Source of the DNA: a virus
Lineage: Duplodnaviria; Caudoviricetes
Virus record (IMG/VR): IMGVR_UViG_3300029286_000055
Span: 1-51,775 of that record
Strand: one strand, 5' to 3'
DNA length: 51,775 nt
Within the stretch, counting starts at the first letter, position 1. Every line of letters begins with the position of its first letter. A program made the translations under genes and the position numbers. Below the pieces are notes generated by a model, which made no database searches, was not told where the DNA came from, and saw only the letters and a program-made list of their open reading frames with translations. Positions 18,516 to 26,517 of this stretch are shown in pieces.

Positions 18516-19898
18516 TTACTTAGAAATGTTGTACCCCAATACGACGCTTGCTTCTTCGGCTGTCTGTGGGTTTCCATCCCAAGCGTGTCTCATCTTGGCT
18601 GACATTAACATCGTGTCAGAGCTTGGAAGGCTTGGAGCTGCCCAAACTTTGATGCCTTGGCGAATGAAGTTCATGAAGCGTGATTTCTTAATCAACGCCA
18701 CTGCGGTTAAAACGCCGCCGGAAACATAAACGCCCGAAGCGTTCAAGTCTTCACGCATGAATGGAGATGCCAAAGGCTCGATACCAAATATCGGAGGCAT
18801 TTTGCCTGTTACGTTCGAAGCTAGGCCGCCGAAAGCATAAGCTGTGAACAATTCAGGAATTGCGCCCGCAATAACTTGGGTTTCGATTGTTGTTGACATG
18901 ATCCAAAGAAGATCATTCTTCTCAGTGGCAAACTTGCCCATGAGTTTAAGAATGTTTTCGAACAATGTTTTAGAAGCTGTGTCGCCGTTGTGGTTGTACA
19001 TACGCGTACCCGCTCCCACGAGAGCATCGGCGTCATAAGCCTTACGACGAATGCCTTTGAAAGCTTTGGAGAACGTTGCATTGAGCGCAAGGGCCGCAAT
19101 GTCACTGTCAAAGTGAGATGCGCCGCGTGGTGTTCCTGTGGTGTCACCGTTGATAAGGCAACGCTCATAGGCTCTTGCGATACCTTGCACAACACCCTTA
19201 CGGATTTTGTCGATGATTTTTGGGGCAGAGTCACTCAAGAGGTCTTCAGTGATCTTTGTATGCACGATGTTGTTTCGTGAATACACCGTATAGTTTGCTT
19301 GGGTTGTACTTTGCTCAGTGAAAGTAGCAACGTCGGTTTCTTCTTTTCCTTCTAAGAATCCGGTGTCCCCAGGGATATCCATAGTCGCGGAATCCATTGG
19401 CTGTTGGTCGAATTTATTGGCGAGAAGGTACGGTATCTCGTACTCTTCAAAATAAAACCTTGCTTGGGCCGTTGGCACGAAATTTGCGAAATCTGTGACG
19501 CTATACGCCTTAAGAACTGCCCCTAATTGATTCTTGAAAATCGGTGTTTCCATGACCATAGCGGGGGTAATCGCTTGGCCCTTGTTCATGACTTCGGCTT
19601 GAATGCAAGCATTCGAGAAGTCTTTCTTGAGGTTGAAAAGTCTCATGCGAACTTCGTCGCCCATATACGCGGTATCAGACTTCGAACCGAAGTTGATCGT
19701 CGCATCATGGCCCTTGTAGTTATCAGGCATGTTTTTGCCAATAACTGAATGAAGGCTTTTGCCTGGGATGATATCAAGGTCTTTTTCGAAAACAGGTTTT
19801 CCCACAACTGCTGGGGCTGCCTTATCGGTAAGTATCTTGTTGATTCCATCAAGAATTTTTGTTGTCGAGCTAACGTCTGTGTTGTCATCAGGTGTCAT
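18516..19898 (-). CDS. Major capsid protein (HK97 fold)
   Basis: After the protease; KITEDLLSDS and ERCLINGD motifs; strong RBS; downstream hairpin. Confidence 0.88.
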   Translation of the reverse strand: MTPDDNTDVSSTTKILDGINKILTDKAAPAVVGKPVFEKDLDIIPGKSLHSVIGKNMPDNYKGHDATINFGSKSDTAYMGDEVRMRLFNLKKDFSNACIQAEVMNKGQAITPAMVMETPIFKNQLGAVLKAYSVTDFANFVPTAQARFYFEEYEIPYLLANKFDQQPMDSATMDIPGDTGFLEGKEETDVATFTEQSTTQANYTVYSRNNIVHTKITEDLLSDSAPKIIDKIRKGVVQGIARAYERCLINGDTTGTPRGASHFDSDIAALALNATFSKAFKGIRRKAYDADALVGAGTRMYNHNGDTASKTLFENILKLMGKFATEKNDLLWIMSTTIETQVIAGAIPELFTAYAFGGLASNVTGKMPPIFGIEPLASPFMREDLNASGVYVSGGVLTAVALIKKSRFMNFIRQGIKVWAAPSLPSSDTMLMSAKMRHAWDGNPQTAEEASVVLGYNISK

Positions 19899-19934
19899 GG
19901 TACTCTCTCCATTGAATAAAGTTTTCGATTAAAT

Positions 19935-20987
19935 TTACTTCATATCTTTAACAAGTAAAGCCACGGCGCACGTTAGCTCTTCGACTTGTTTAGATAACTT
20001 CTCATTTACTTTTTTAAGCTCTTCAATCTCTGTCACAAGTTTCTTTTTGTCTTCGTCATCTTTTGGCGGCTTGCATCCCTCTTCATCGGAAGGGACCGTC
20101 GTTTCTTCCTCTTCTTCCTCATCTGTAACTTTTTCTTCTGACTTTGCAACAAGCTTTTCAGTAAGCTCTAAGCTTCTCTTAAGCCCTGCATCGAGGCCCC
20201 TAAGAAGAGTAATCACGTCGCCTTTAAAAGTGTCCTCGGTGTTATCTTCCCTTGGCTTATCTTCTTTACTCACCACTGCATCATCTTTTTTAGTTGATGA
20301 ATCAGTAGTATTGTTTAACGAATTTTTAATTTTCATGGGGTCCTCGTTTGTGTTACTATTAAAGTTATCACCTTCCTTAGAATTTTCCAAGCCTCTTATT
20401 GAAAACACACTATCTTGATTGCAGGGTACAGCAACAACCGATATCTCTAAAAGTTCCCATTGCTCGATTACTGGCCCTTCTTTCACGGACCCATCATCAT
20501 TGAATAAAGGGGCTTTAACCTTCTTAGGAATAAACCCAACAGACACCGTTTTAAGAATACCTTGTTTTACTAAACTTCTAATCTCTTTTTGCTTATCAGT
20601 CAACGGGGCTTTCTTAGGGTCGCCGATCCATCCCGCGAAACTAATACCGCCCTCTTCAATCTCAAGCTCTTCGACCTGTCCAACCGGATTCCTATAGTCA
20701 TGATGCGCCAATATCTGCGGGTTTTTAACAAAGTTTGCAAGCTCAATTCCCCTTGGGTCAAGCCTTTCGTCAACTCTATCCACGATATTCGCGTTCGCGA
20801 TCCCAGCGATGGAAAGAACATCTTTTTCGATATCGAATTGCGGGGCAGTAATTTCCTTAATAGATGCTTCGAAGTAACATTTATCTTTTTCAAGATCGGG
20901 GTTAAGCAGTTTATAGCTCGCCCCTTCCTTTTTCCATTTCTTCGGTGATCCATCAAAAACTTTTCTATCAAGTTTAAATTTGAACAT
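19935..20987 (-). CDS. Prohead protease (HK97/S78 family) with acidic and coiled-coil C-terminus
   Basis: DRVDE, ILAHHD, VSVGF and LLEISVVAVPCN motifs. Confidence 0.92.
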   Translation of the reverse strand: MFKFKLDRKVFDGSPKKWKKEGASYKLLNPDLEKDKCYFEASIKEITAPQFDIEKDVLSIAGIANANIVDRVDERLDPRGIELANFVKNPQILAHHDYRNPVGQVEELEIEEGGISFAGWIGDPKKAPLTDKQKEIRSLVKQGILKTVSVGFIPKKVKAPLFNDDGSVKEGPVIEQWELLEISVVAVPCNQDSVFSIRGLENSKEGDNFNSNTNEDPMKIKNSLNNTTDSSTKKDDAVVSKEDKPREDNTEDTFKGDVITLLRGLDAGLKRSLELTEKLVAKSEEKVTDEEEEEETTVPSDEEGCKPPKDDEDKKKLVTEIEELKKVNEKLSKQVEELTCAVALLVKDMK

Positions 20988-20998
20988 GCTTATTGCTC

Positions 20999-23248
20999 CT
21001 AGTGCCTATTTAAAATTACCTCTGCGTTACTTGTTGCATGAGCTGGAATTACAGAGGTTAGGGAACATCTGCAATTTATTATTTGATCAGCCCCGCCGTT
21101 CGGGTCTCTTGGGTAAGATAAAACACCGCCGTACATATAATTCGATGGCATTGGCCCAAGCTTCTCAAATTGTGCATGTTGCTCTCTTGCATCGGGGTTA
21201 CTCCCAACATCGCCCACATGGAACCACTGCTTTTGCACGTCGCTAAAAACTTCCCCCAAAATGTCATTGTTCCACTTGATCCCTTGGCTAATCGCGCTAA
21301 GTATCTCGGTACGCGCTATTGTGGAAGACTGACCACTATAGTTTTCTTTGTAGTCTTGTCTTATAGCCGCCGCGATCTTATCAAGTGTCCTGCCTCTCTC
21401 AAGGCCACTTGTTACAATATTAAGTATCTCATTCGTTCTCGTTTGGTTGAAGCCAACAAAGTTCTCAATCGCACGTCTTACAAGCGTCGCTCTTCGACCC
21501 TCGGTAGTTTCTTCCTTCAAAACATCTATTGCTTGTTGGTCAACATCCGTGATCGGTTTAGCCTTAAGCACCACAAGCATTTTTTCGGGAATCCCTTTTG
21601 CTTGCGAGTTCGCAAAACTAAATCCTCGATCCATCGCCTTAACAAGCTCTACCCCAACACTCTTTATATATGTTTCAAGCAGAGGCTTTTCGGCTGCTAC
21701 TAGGGAAGTTCTTACATCTCGATTATTTTTCAGGGCATGTTCGGTGATCAGGATAATTTGCTCGATATATTTATCATACCCGATCAAATAATTTTCTGTA
21801 AACTTGGTTTCAATTCTTTCTTGACTTTCAACAGTTTGAGCTTTGAGTGAAAGAACTTCTTTCTTGAATTTTTCCTCTGGGGTCTCAACATTTGACACGC
21901 TTTGATTGTCGTTTTGTTTTGGCGGGGGAAGTGAAAGCATATCACTTATTGTCTGTGTAGGGGTTGCCCTAATCTCTGCAATAAGCTTGCTTCCTCTTTC
22001 ATCTCCGATTGGGGGCATTGCGTAAATCTTTTCTCTTATCTCGTCAATTGTCCACGCGGTTTCAACTGCTTTAGCTTTCTCGCCTTTCTTTATGAGACTT
22101 CCTTGAAGGGCTTCAATCTCTCCAAAATCAGGCTCTACAATTACCTTGCCGCCGTATATCTTTCGCACTAGATAGCTGTTGTTCCATCCCGCAGCAATAA
22201 ACTTGGAGAAAGGGACAATAGTATTTTCCCAGAAAGTTAGATTTTGCTCTTCTGAAGTCGCCCTATTTACATCCTGAACAATCCCCACCTTAGACGGGGG
22301 AATCCCCAGGGCTGCCAACATGGTTAGCCTGTTCTCTTTTAGGCCCTCTAAATGTTGCATTTCGTTCATGGTGAGGCCCGTGTTTACCCACTTTGCCCCC
22401 TTGGGTAAAAAGGCCGTTCGCCACCAATTACGCTTACCGGAATATGCTTGCTCCCATGTTCTCATGAGCCTTTCAAGCCTTGTCTTTCCTAAGTCTTCGG
22501 TTGTCTCAACAACTCCGTAGTTTGTTGCCCCTCGAAGATAGAACCCCATTTCATATTCGTTTTTGAAACGATCCAAAAGAATCGGCCTAGCCGCTGCAAT
22601 ATAAAGAGAGATTCCGAAATATGGGTTGAATGGATTTGGGAATTTAAAATGTACAAATTGCTCATAAGACACTTCACTTCGGCGCATGGTCATAGGATTC
22701 ATAATCGTAACAGTTTTAACCTCAAGCCCATCGGTAGGGGGGTTAATCTGTATTGATTCAATCGGTACGTGCATCGCGTTCTTATATTTTTCATCGAACA
22801 CTAAAAGGTAGTTCCCACCTAAAACAAGATCAAGGTATCCACACCAATTCATAGACATGTTGTCTTGAATAATGTTCGCTGCTTTAAGCTGGGCATTGAG
22901 GGGATGATTTGGTACTAATTCATTTGTGGCTTTGCTCTTAACAACAAAAGGAATACTCGAAAGCGTTCTCGCAATAAGCTGGGCCGTTGTCCACATCCAA
23001 GGCTCTTTTGCAAAAGCTGTTTTGATTCTTGTTGCGCTGGCTTGGATATCAAACTCTACTCCGAAATAATTACCTTGGTCGTTTGTTTTGTCGTAATACC
23101 CGAAGTAATCAACGGCCTTAACGGATTGCTCTATTGCCGCGTTTATCGTAGTTGATAGCCCGTTCATGCGGGATAGACTAGCCAATTCATCATCAAGGGG
23201 GTGCAAAGGTACAGAAACTTGTTTCTTGAATACGTCAAATAGCCCCAT
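20999..23248 (-). CDS. Portal protein fused to a MuF (SPP1 gp7-like) minor head domain
   Basis: Portal motifs (VHFK..NPYFGIS, LGIPPSKVG, TIDEIRE); C-terminal IARTE..KQW..REQH..YPRDP..INCRC. Confidence 0.88.
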   Translation of the reverse strand: MGLFDVFKKQVSVPLHPLDDELASLSRMNGLSTTINAAIEQSVKAVDYFGYYDKTNDQGNYFGVEFDIQASATRIKTAFAKEPWMWTTAQLIARTLSSIPFVVKSKATNELVPNHPLNAQLKAANIIQDNMSMNWCGYLDLVLGGNYLLVFDEKYKNAMHVPIESIQINPPTDGLEVKTVTIMNPMTMRRSEVSYEQFVHFKFPNPFNPYFGISLYIAAARPILLDRFKNEYEMGFYLRGATNYGVVETTEDLGKTRLERLMRTWEQAYSGKRNWWRTAFLPKGAKWVNTGLTMNEMQHLEGLKENRLTMLAALGIPPSKVGIVQDVNRATSEEQNLTFWENTIVPFSKFIAAGWNNSYLVRKIYGGKVIVEPDFGEIEALQGSLIKKGEKAKAVETAWTIDEIREKIYAMPPIGDERGSKLIAEIRATPTQTISDMLSLPPPKQNDNQSVSNVETPEEKFKKEVLSLKAQTVESQERIETKFTENYLIGYDKYIEQIILITEHALKNNRDVRTSLVAAEKPLLETYIKSVGVELVKAMDRGFSFANSQAKGIPEKMLVVLKAKPITDVDQQAIDVLKEETTEGRRATLVRRAIENFVGFNQTRTNEILNIVTSGLERGRTLDKIAAAIRQDYKENYSGQSSTIARTEILSAISQGIKWNNDILGEVFSDVQKQWFHVGDVGSNPDAREQHAQFEKLGPMPSNYMYGGVLSYPRDPNGGADQIINCRCSLTSVIPAHATSNAEVILNRH

Positions 23249-23284
23249 TGTTTACCCCTTAAATTATTTTCTTAAAAAAGTATC

Positions 23285-24703
23285 TCACGAGGGAAAAGCA
23301 AAGTCATCAATTTCCTTACTGTACTCGTCCGAGTCGTCATCAAAGAACCCATCATCGCCCGCAAAAACCGCCGCAGTTTCTTCAATTAAATCATTCTCTT
23401 CAATGTCGTCGTCTAATTCATCTGCGAGCTTGTCCAAGTCACCCTCTGTGGTATCAACTTTCATATTATGATATGCGTCCGATATTGCCATGATCCCCGC
23501 GCTCACGCAATCATCATTTTCCCCATCGGGGGCCGAATAAGAAAATAGCCCTGACTTTGTTACGTTCACTTCATAGCTTCCAAATTCATGTTGAACCTGT
23601 TCGATATGGGGGGCCTTGTGCCAACCCTTTTCGATTGCCATAATGGTTCGGTTAATCATCTCTTGTTTTGATTTATTAGTGAAAGTAAGTGCCGTAATAC
23701 TTGCATCAATATCCTTGTCCACTAGCATCTCACCTACTGCATCCCCAACACCTGTACTGTCATACCTAAGAAATCTTTCGCCCCTAAAATAATTATGCAA
23801 ATAATACTTAAGCCTATCCACTTGCATCTCGTAGGGTACTTGTCTGAACCTCGCATAACCTACAAGCTCGCCCACTGCATTGACCGTATAGAATACCGAA
23901 TAATCGCGCCGCTTCGCTATGTCCCAGCCTGTGAATGTGTCGAGGGCTCTTGCTTCGGGATCGGGATGAATCCAAAACTTTGTGCGATCGGGGATTGTGT
24001 AGCTCATGGTAAACATCTTGGTAAGATCCCCGAACACAGTTGACACGGAAACAAAGAGGGCTTCGTAATATTGATCGTACAAATATTTTGGGAGTAATCT
24101 TTTTGCCTGGGCTAATGCCTTCTCTTTAACAAAAGGAGAATCTGAAGTCCTAAAATTTGCCCATGTATAGAATGGATCGCCAAGTTTTGCTTTTCTAAAT
24201 TCATCGTAATACCACCCAAAGCCCCTTGGTGTTCCTGTCACAATTCCCTTCCCCATTGTCTGCGTGACGGTGGTAAAAAGAGAATGCCACAACTGCCTCT
24301 TTTGCTTTCCTGCCTCATCGATTATGAATCTATCAACCGCCTCTCCCTCAACAGTTACCTCTGCATCACGTCCATGAAGAAACTTTATAAATGACCCATT
24401 CTTTAACCTTATTTCAAGTTTTCCATCAACACATTCGGCCTCGCCTGGTATGTCTAGCATACATTTCATGTAGCGGTAGCCAATCCTGCATTTCAAATAT
24501 GTGGGCGCAATCCATATACAATAATACCCTGGATTTTCCCACGCATGTCTAGCCAGCCAAAGAGCGCAGCCATAACTTTTACCAAATTTTACACCGGATG
24601 GGGCAATCAAAACTTGGGCCTCTGGGGCAATGTAATGATCCCAATGGACAAACATAGCTTGGTGTTCGTGGGGATCAGGTAATTTTAAAATTGTTCGGGG
24701 CAA
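23285..24703 (-). CDS. terL: Terminase large subunit
   Basis: Walker A-like GVKFGKS, Walker B FIIDEAG, GTPRG; nuclease GWDIA..D, DSTGVG, NDD. Confidence 0.92.
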   Translation of the reverse strand: MPRTILKLPDPHEHQAMFVHWDHYIAPEAQVLIAPSGVKFGKSYGCALWLARHAWENPGYYCIWIAPTYLKCRIGYRYMKCMLDIPGEAECVDGKLEIRLKNGSFIKFLHGRDAEVTVEGEAVDRFIIDEAGKQKRQLWHSLFTTVTQTMGKGIVTGTPRGFGWYYDEFRKAKLGDPFYTWANFRTSDSPFVKEKALAQAKRLLPKYLYDQYYEALFVSVSTVFGDLTKMFTMSYTIPDRTKFWIHPDPEARALDTFTGWDIAKRRDYSVFYTVNAVGELVGYARFRQVPYEMQVDRLKYYLHNYFRGERFLRYDSTGVGDAVGEMLVDKDIDASITALTFTNKSKQEMINRTIMAIEKGWHKAPHIEQVQHEFGSYEVNVTKSGLFSYSAPDGENDDCVSAGIMAISDAYHNMKVDTTEGDLDKLADELDDDIEENDLIEETAAVFAGDDGFFDDDSDEYSKEIDDFAFPS

Positions 24704-24716
24704 TGAAAATTACCCC

Positions 24717-25178
24717 CTAGTGCTTTTTGTCTTTGTCTTCTGAATCCGTTGATATAAGCCTAGGGCGAGGATATCTAAACTTTCCAGCTTCGCTCATCAT
24801 CACTTCATATATTACCGCTTGGCTGTCTTTCTCTGCGGCTATCTGTTCGGGGCTCTTCTCTACAATCTGAGTCATAGGCATCTCAATCATAATCGGGGAA
24901 GCCTCTTTTACCTTGCCCATAATCCTATCAAGCATGAAGTCAGCACACCGAACATCTGCCTCGTCATATCCTTTCAAAACTATTTTGCAAAGAAGTCTGT
25001 TAAGCATAGGAGAATAGCTATCCTTGCCCATCCTTCTTACTTCCATTAAAGTCATTGCAATAATTTTTCTAAATACCTCTTCAACGTGAAGTTTAGTATA
25101 TTTCCTTGCTTCAAGGATTTCAGGGGTCGATATCTTACGACCATGAGGATTTGATATTTCACCTTTTTTAAACACCAT
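24717..25178 (-). CDS. terS: Putative terminase small subunit
   Basis: N-terminal FKKGEISNPHGR and DRIMGK motifs; directly upstream of terL. Confidence 0.75.
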   Translation of the reverse strand: MVFKKGEISNPHGRKISTPEILEARKYTKLHVEEVFRKIIAMTLMEVRRMGKDSYSPMLNRLLCKIVLKGYDEADVRCADFMLDRIMGKVKEASPIMIEMPMTQIVEKSPEQIAAEKDSQAVIYEVMMSEAGKFRYPRPRLISTDSEDKDKKH

Positions 25179-25187
25179 TATTACTAA

Positions 25188-25367
25188 TTACATCTCATGC
25201 TTATTATTGTTACTTTTTACTATCGAATTTAATAAAATGCTAAATATCAATTGTAATACTATATATAATATATACCAAGCCCAGCTTCTGTTTAAAACGA
25301 ATACAACATACCCAACACCATATAAACTTAATATAGAATATAAAAACATTAAAATAGAATTTAACAT
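25188..25367 (-). CDS. Small two-TM membrane protein, 59 aa, not in ORF track
   Basis: MLNSILMFLYSILSLYGVGYVVFVLNRSWAWYILYIVLQLIFSILLNSIVKSNNNKHEM; TAATG overlap with the upstream gene. Confidence 0.65.
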   Translation of the reverse strand: MLNSILMFLYSILSLYGVGYVVFVLNRSWAWYILYIVLQLIFSILLNSIVKSNNNKHEM

Positions 25368-25582
25368 TATTTTTCTAATGCCTCAATTACTATAGCTCTA
25401 ATAAACTTTGAATAAGTAAGGCCGTATTTTAAAGCCTTTTTATGCAAAGCATCCTTTAAACCTTTAGTCCCACGAAAACCAATTATAACGCTAGGACCCC
25501 AATCGGGATCAAGCGTGGGTCGTCGCTTTAACTTCAGGCTTTTTTGATTTAACAACATTTCTCTTAACTTCTCTGGTATCAT
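25367..25582 (-). CDS. Putative ribbon-helix-helix DNA-binding protein
   Basis: IIGFR..LKDALHKKALKYGLTYSKFIRAIV resembles the CopG/Arc pattern. Confidence 0.55.
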   Translation of the reverse strand: MIPEKLREMLLNQKSLKLKRRPTLDPDWGPSVIIGFRGTKGLKDALHKKALKYGLTYSKFIRAIVIEALEK

Positions 25583-25871
25583 TTTTCATTAACCTATCAT
25601 TAACAAGATCGCACAAAAAATTATATATAAGCTCATGCAACACTGTGATATCTTTCTGCTTTACTTTTCTTATGTACCGATTATGCTGGGAAGCCCACCA
25701 AACCTCGAAACTACCAGGGATGTAAATACGAACTTCGTCAAAGCAATCCGCAGCTATCTCCAAAACTTCCTTTGGTAAGCTTTTAAAAAGTTTAGAGTAT
25801 TGGGTGTTTCTAGAACCCCATTCTCTAAAGGCTGCTTTAACTATCCCAGGCATTTCTTTTACTTCTTTCAT
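25509..25871 (-). CDS. Hypothetical protein, first gene of the late operon
   Basis: 120-aa ORF just downstream of the promoter at 25905-25933. Confidence 0.55.
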   Translation of the reverse strand: MKEVKEMPGIVKAAFREWGSRNTQYSKLFKSLPKEVLEIAADCFDEVRIYIPGSFEVWWASQHNRYIRKVKQKDITVLHELIYNFLCDLVNDRLMKNDTREVKRNVVKSKKPEVKATTHA

Positions 25872-25886
25872 ATTTAATCTTACCCC

Positions 25887-25933
25887 ATATTGTTAAACAA
25901 AATCAATCTAACCCATGCAACTTTTAGAGTCAA
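25887..25933 (-). promoter_or_regulatory. Sigma70-type promoter (TTGACT-17-TAGATT) with 17-bp operator over the start site
   Basis: -35 at 25928-25933, -10 at 25905-25910, ATATTGTTAAACAAAAT at 25887-25903. Confidence 0.7.
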
Positions 25934-26190
25934 CAGGTTTTGTTTATCGCTGATGTATCGCTGTTAATTAGTTTTAGTATGCAACATTTATTCCAATTAG
26001 TTGGCCGCTTGGATAAATCACAGTTTGCTTAAATATTGTGCATCAATCCGCGATACCAATTGGTATATACCCATTATACCGATACAATAGATAGAGCACA
26101 TACGAATACAATGATCACACCTATTAGGTAGACACCATTGGTATACCACCAAGGATAAGCACCAATGGTGTGCCCTTATTGAGATTGGAA

Positions 26191-26501
26191 TAACCAGTTA
26201 ACCCATTGATTTCTCGGTTAACTTACGAAAATTTCGGTTAACCGCACAAGCTTTTGATAAAACTGATAAATCCTGGTTTGGTTAACTGGTTTACTGAAAA
26301 ACTGGTTTCTCTCTATAGAGGCTTTGTAAAAAATAGAATGTGTGGGGGGGGCTTTAAAAATAGTATAGAATTACTTTTCTATATACGCTCAGTTAACCAG
26401 TTAACCTGGTATTATAAACCCCCGAAATGATTAATAAATAGGCGTTAACCCAAAAGGTAACTGGAAGGTAACTGGACGAAAACAAAATAAATGGGTTAAC
26501 C
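26191..26501. repeat. Iteron-like GTTAAC / GGTAACTGG cluster, candidate replication origin
   Basis: 8 GTTAAC plus 2 GGTAACTGG copies in non-coding DNA next to the 3' end of the primase-helicase. Confidence 0.65.
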
Positions 26502-26517
26502 TCTATCCCCAGGGGGG

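Noticed and set aside
18821-20971. Alternative-frame minus-strand ORFs inside the capsid and protease genes
   Set aside because: No RBS or motif evidence, unlike the methyltransferase overlap
25207-25395. Plus-strand 62-aa ORF
   Set aside because: The minus-strand 59-aa ORF fits the operon direction and translational coupling better
26191-26501. CRISPR array
   Set aside because: Repeats are only 6-9 bp, with mixed flanking orientation and irregular spacing; no cas genes
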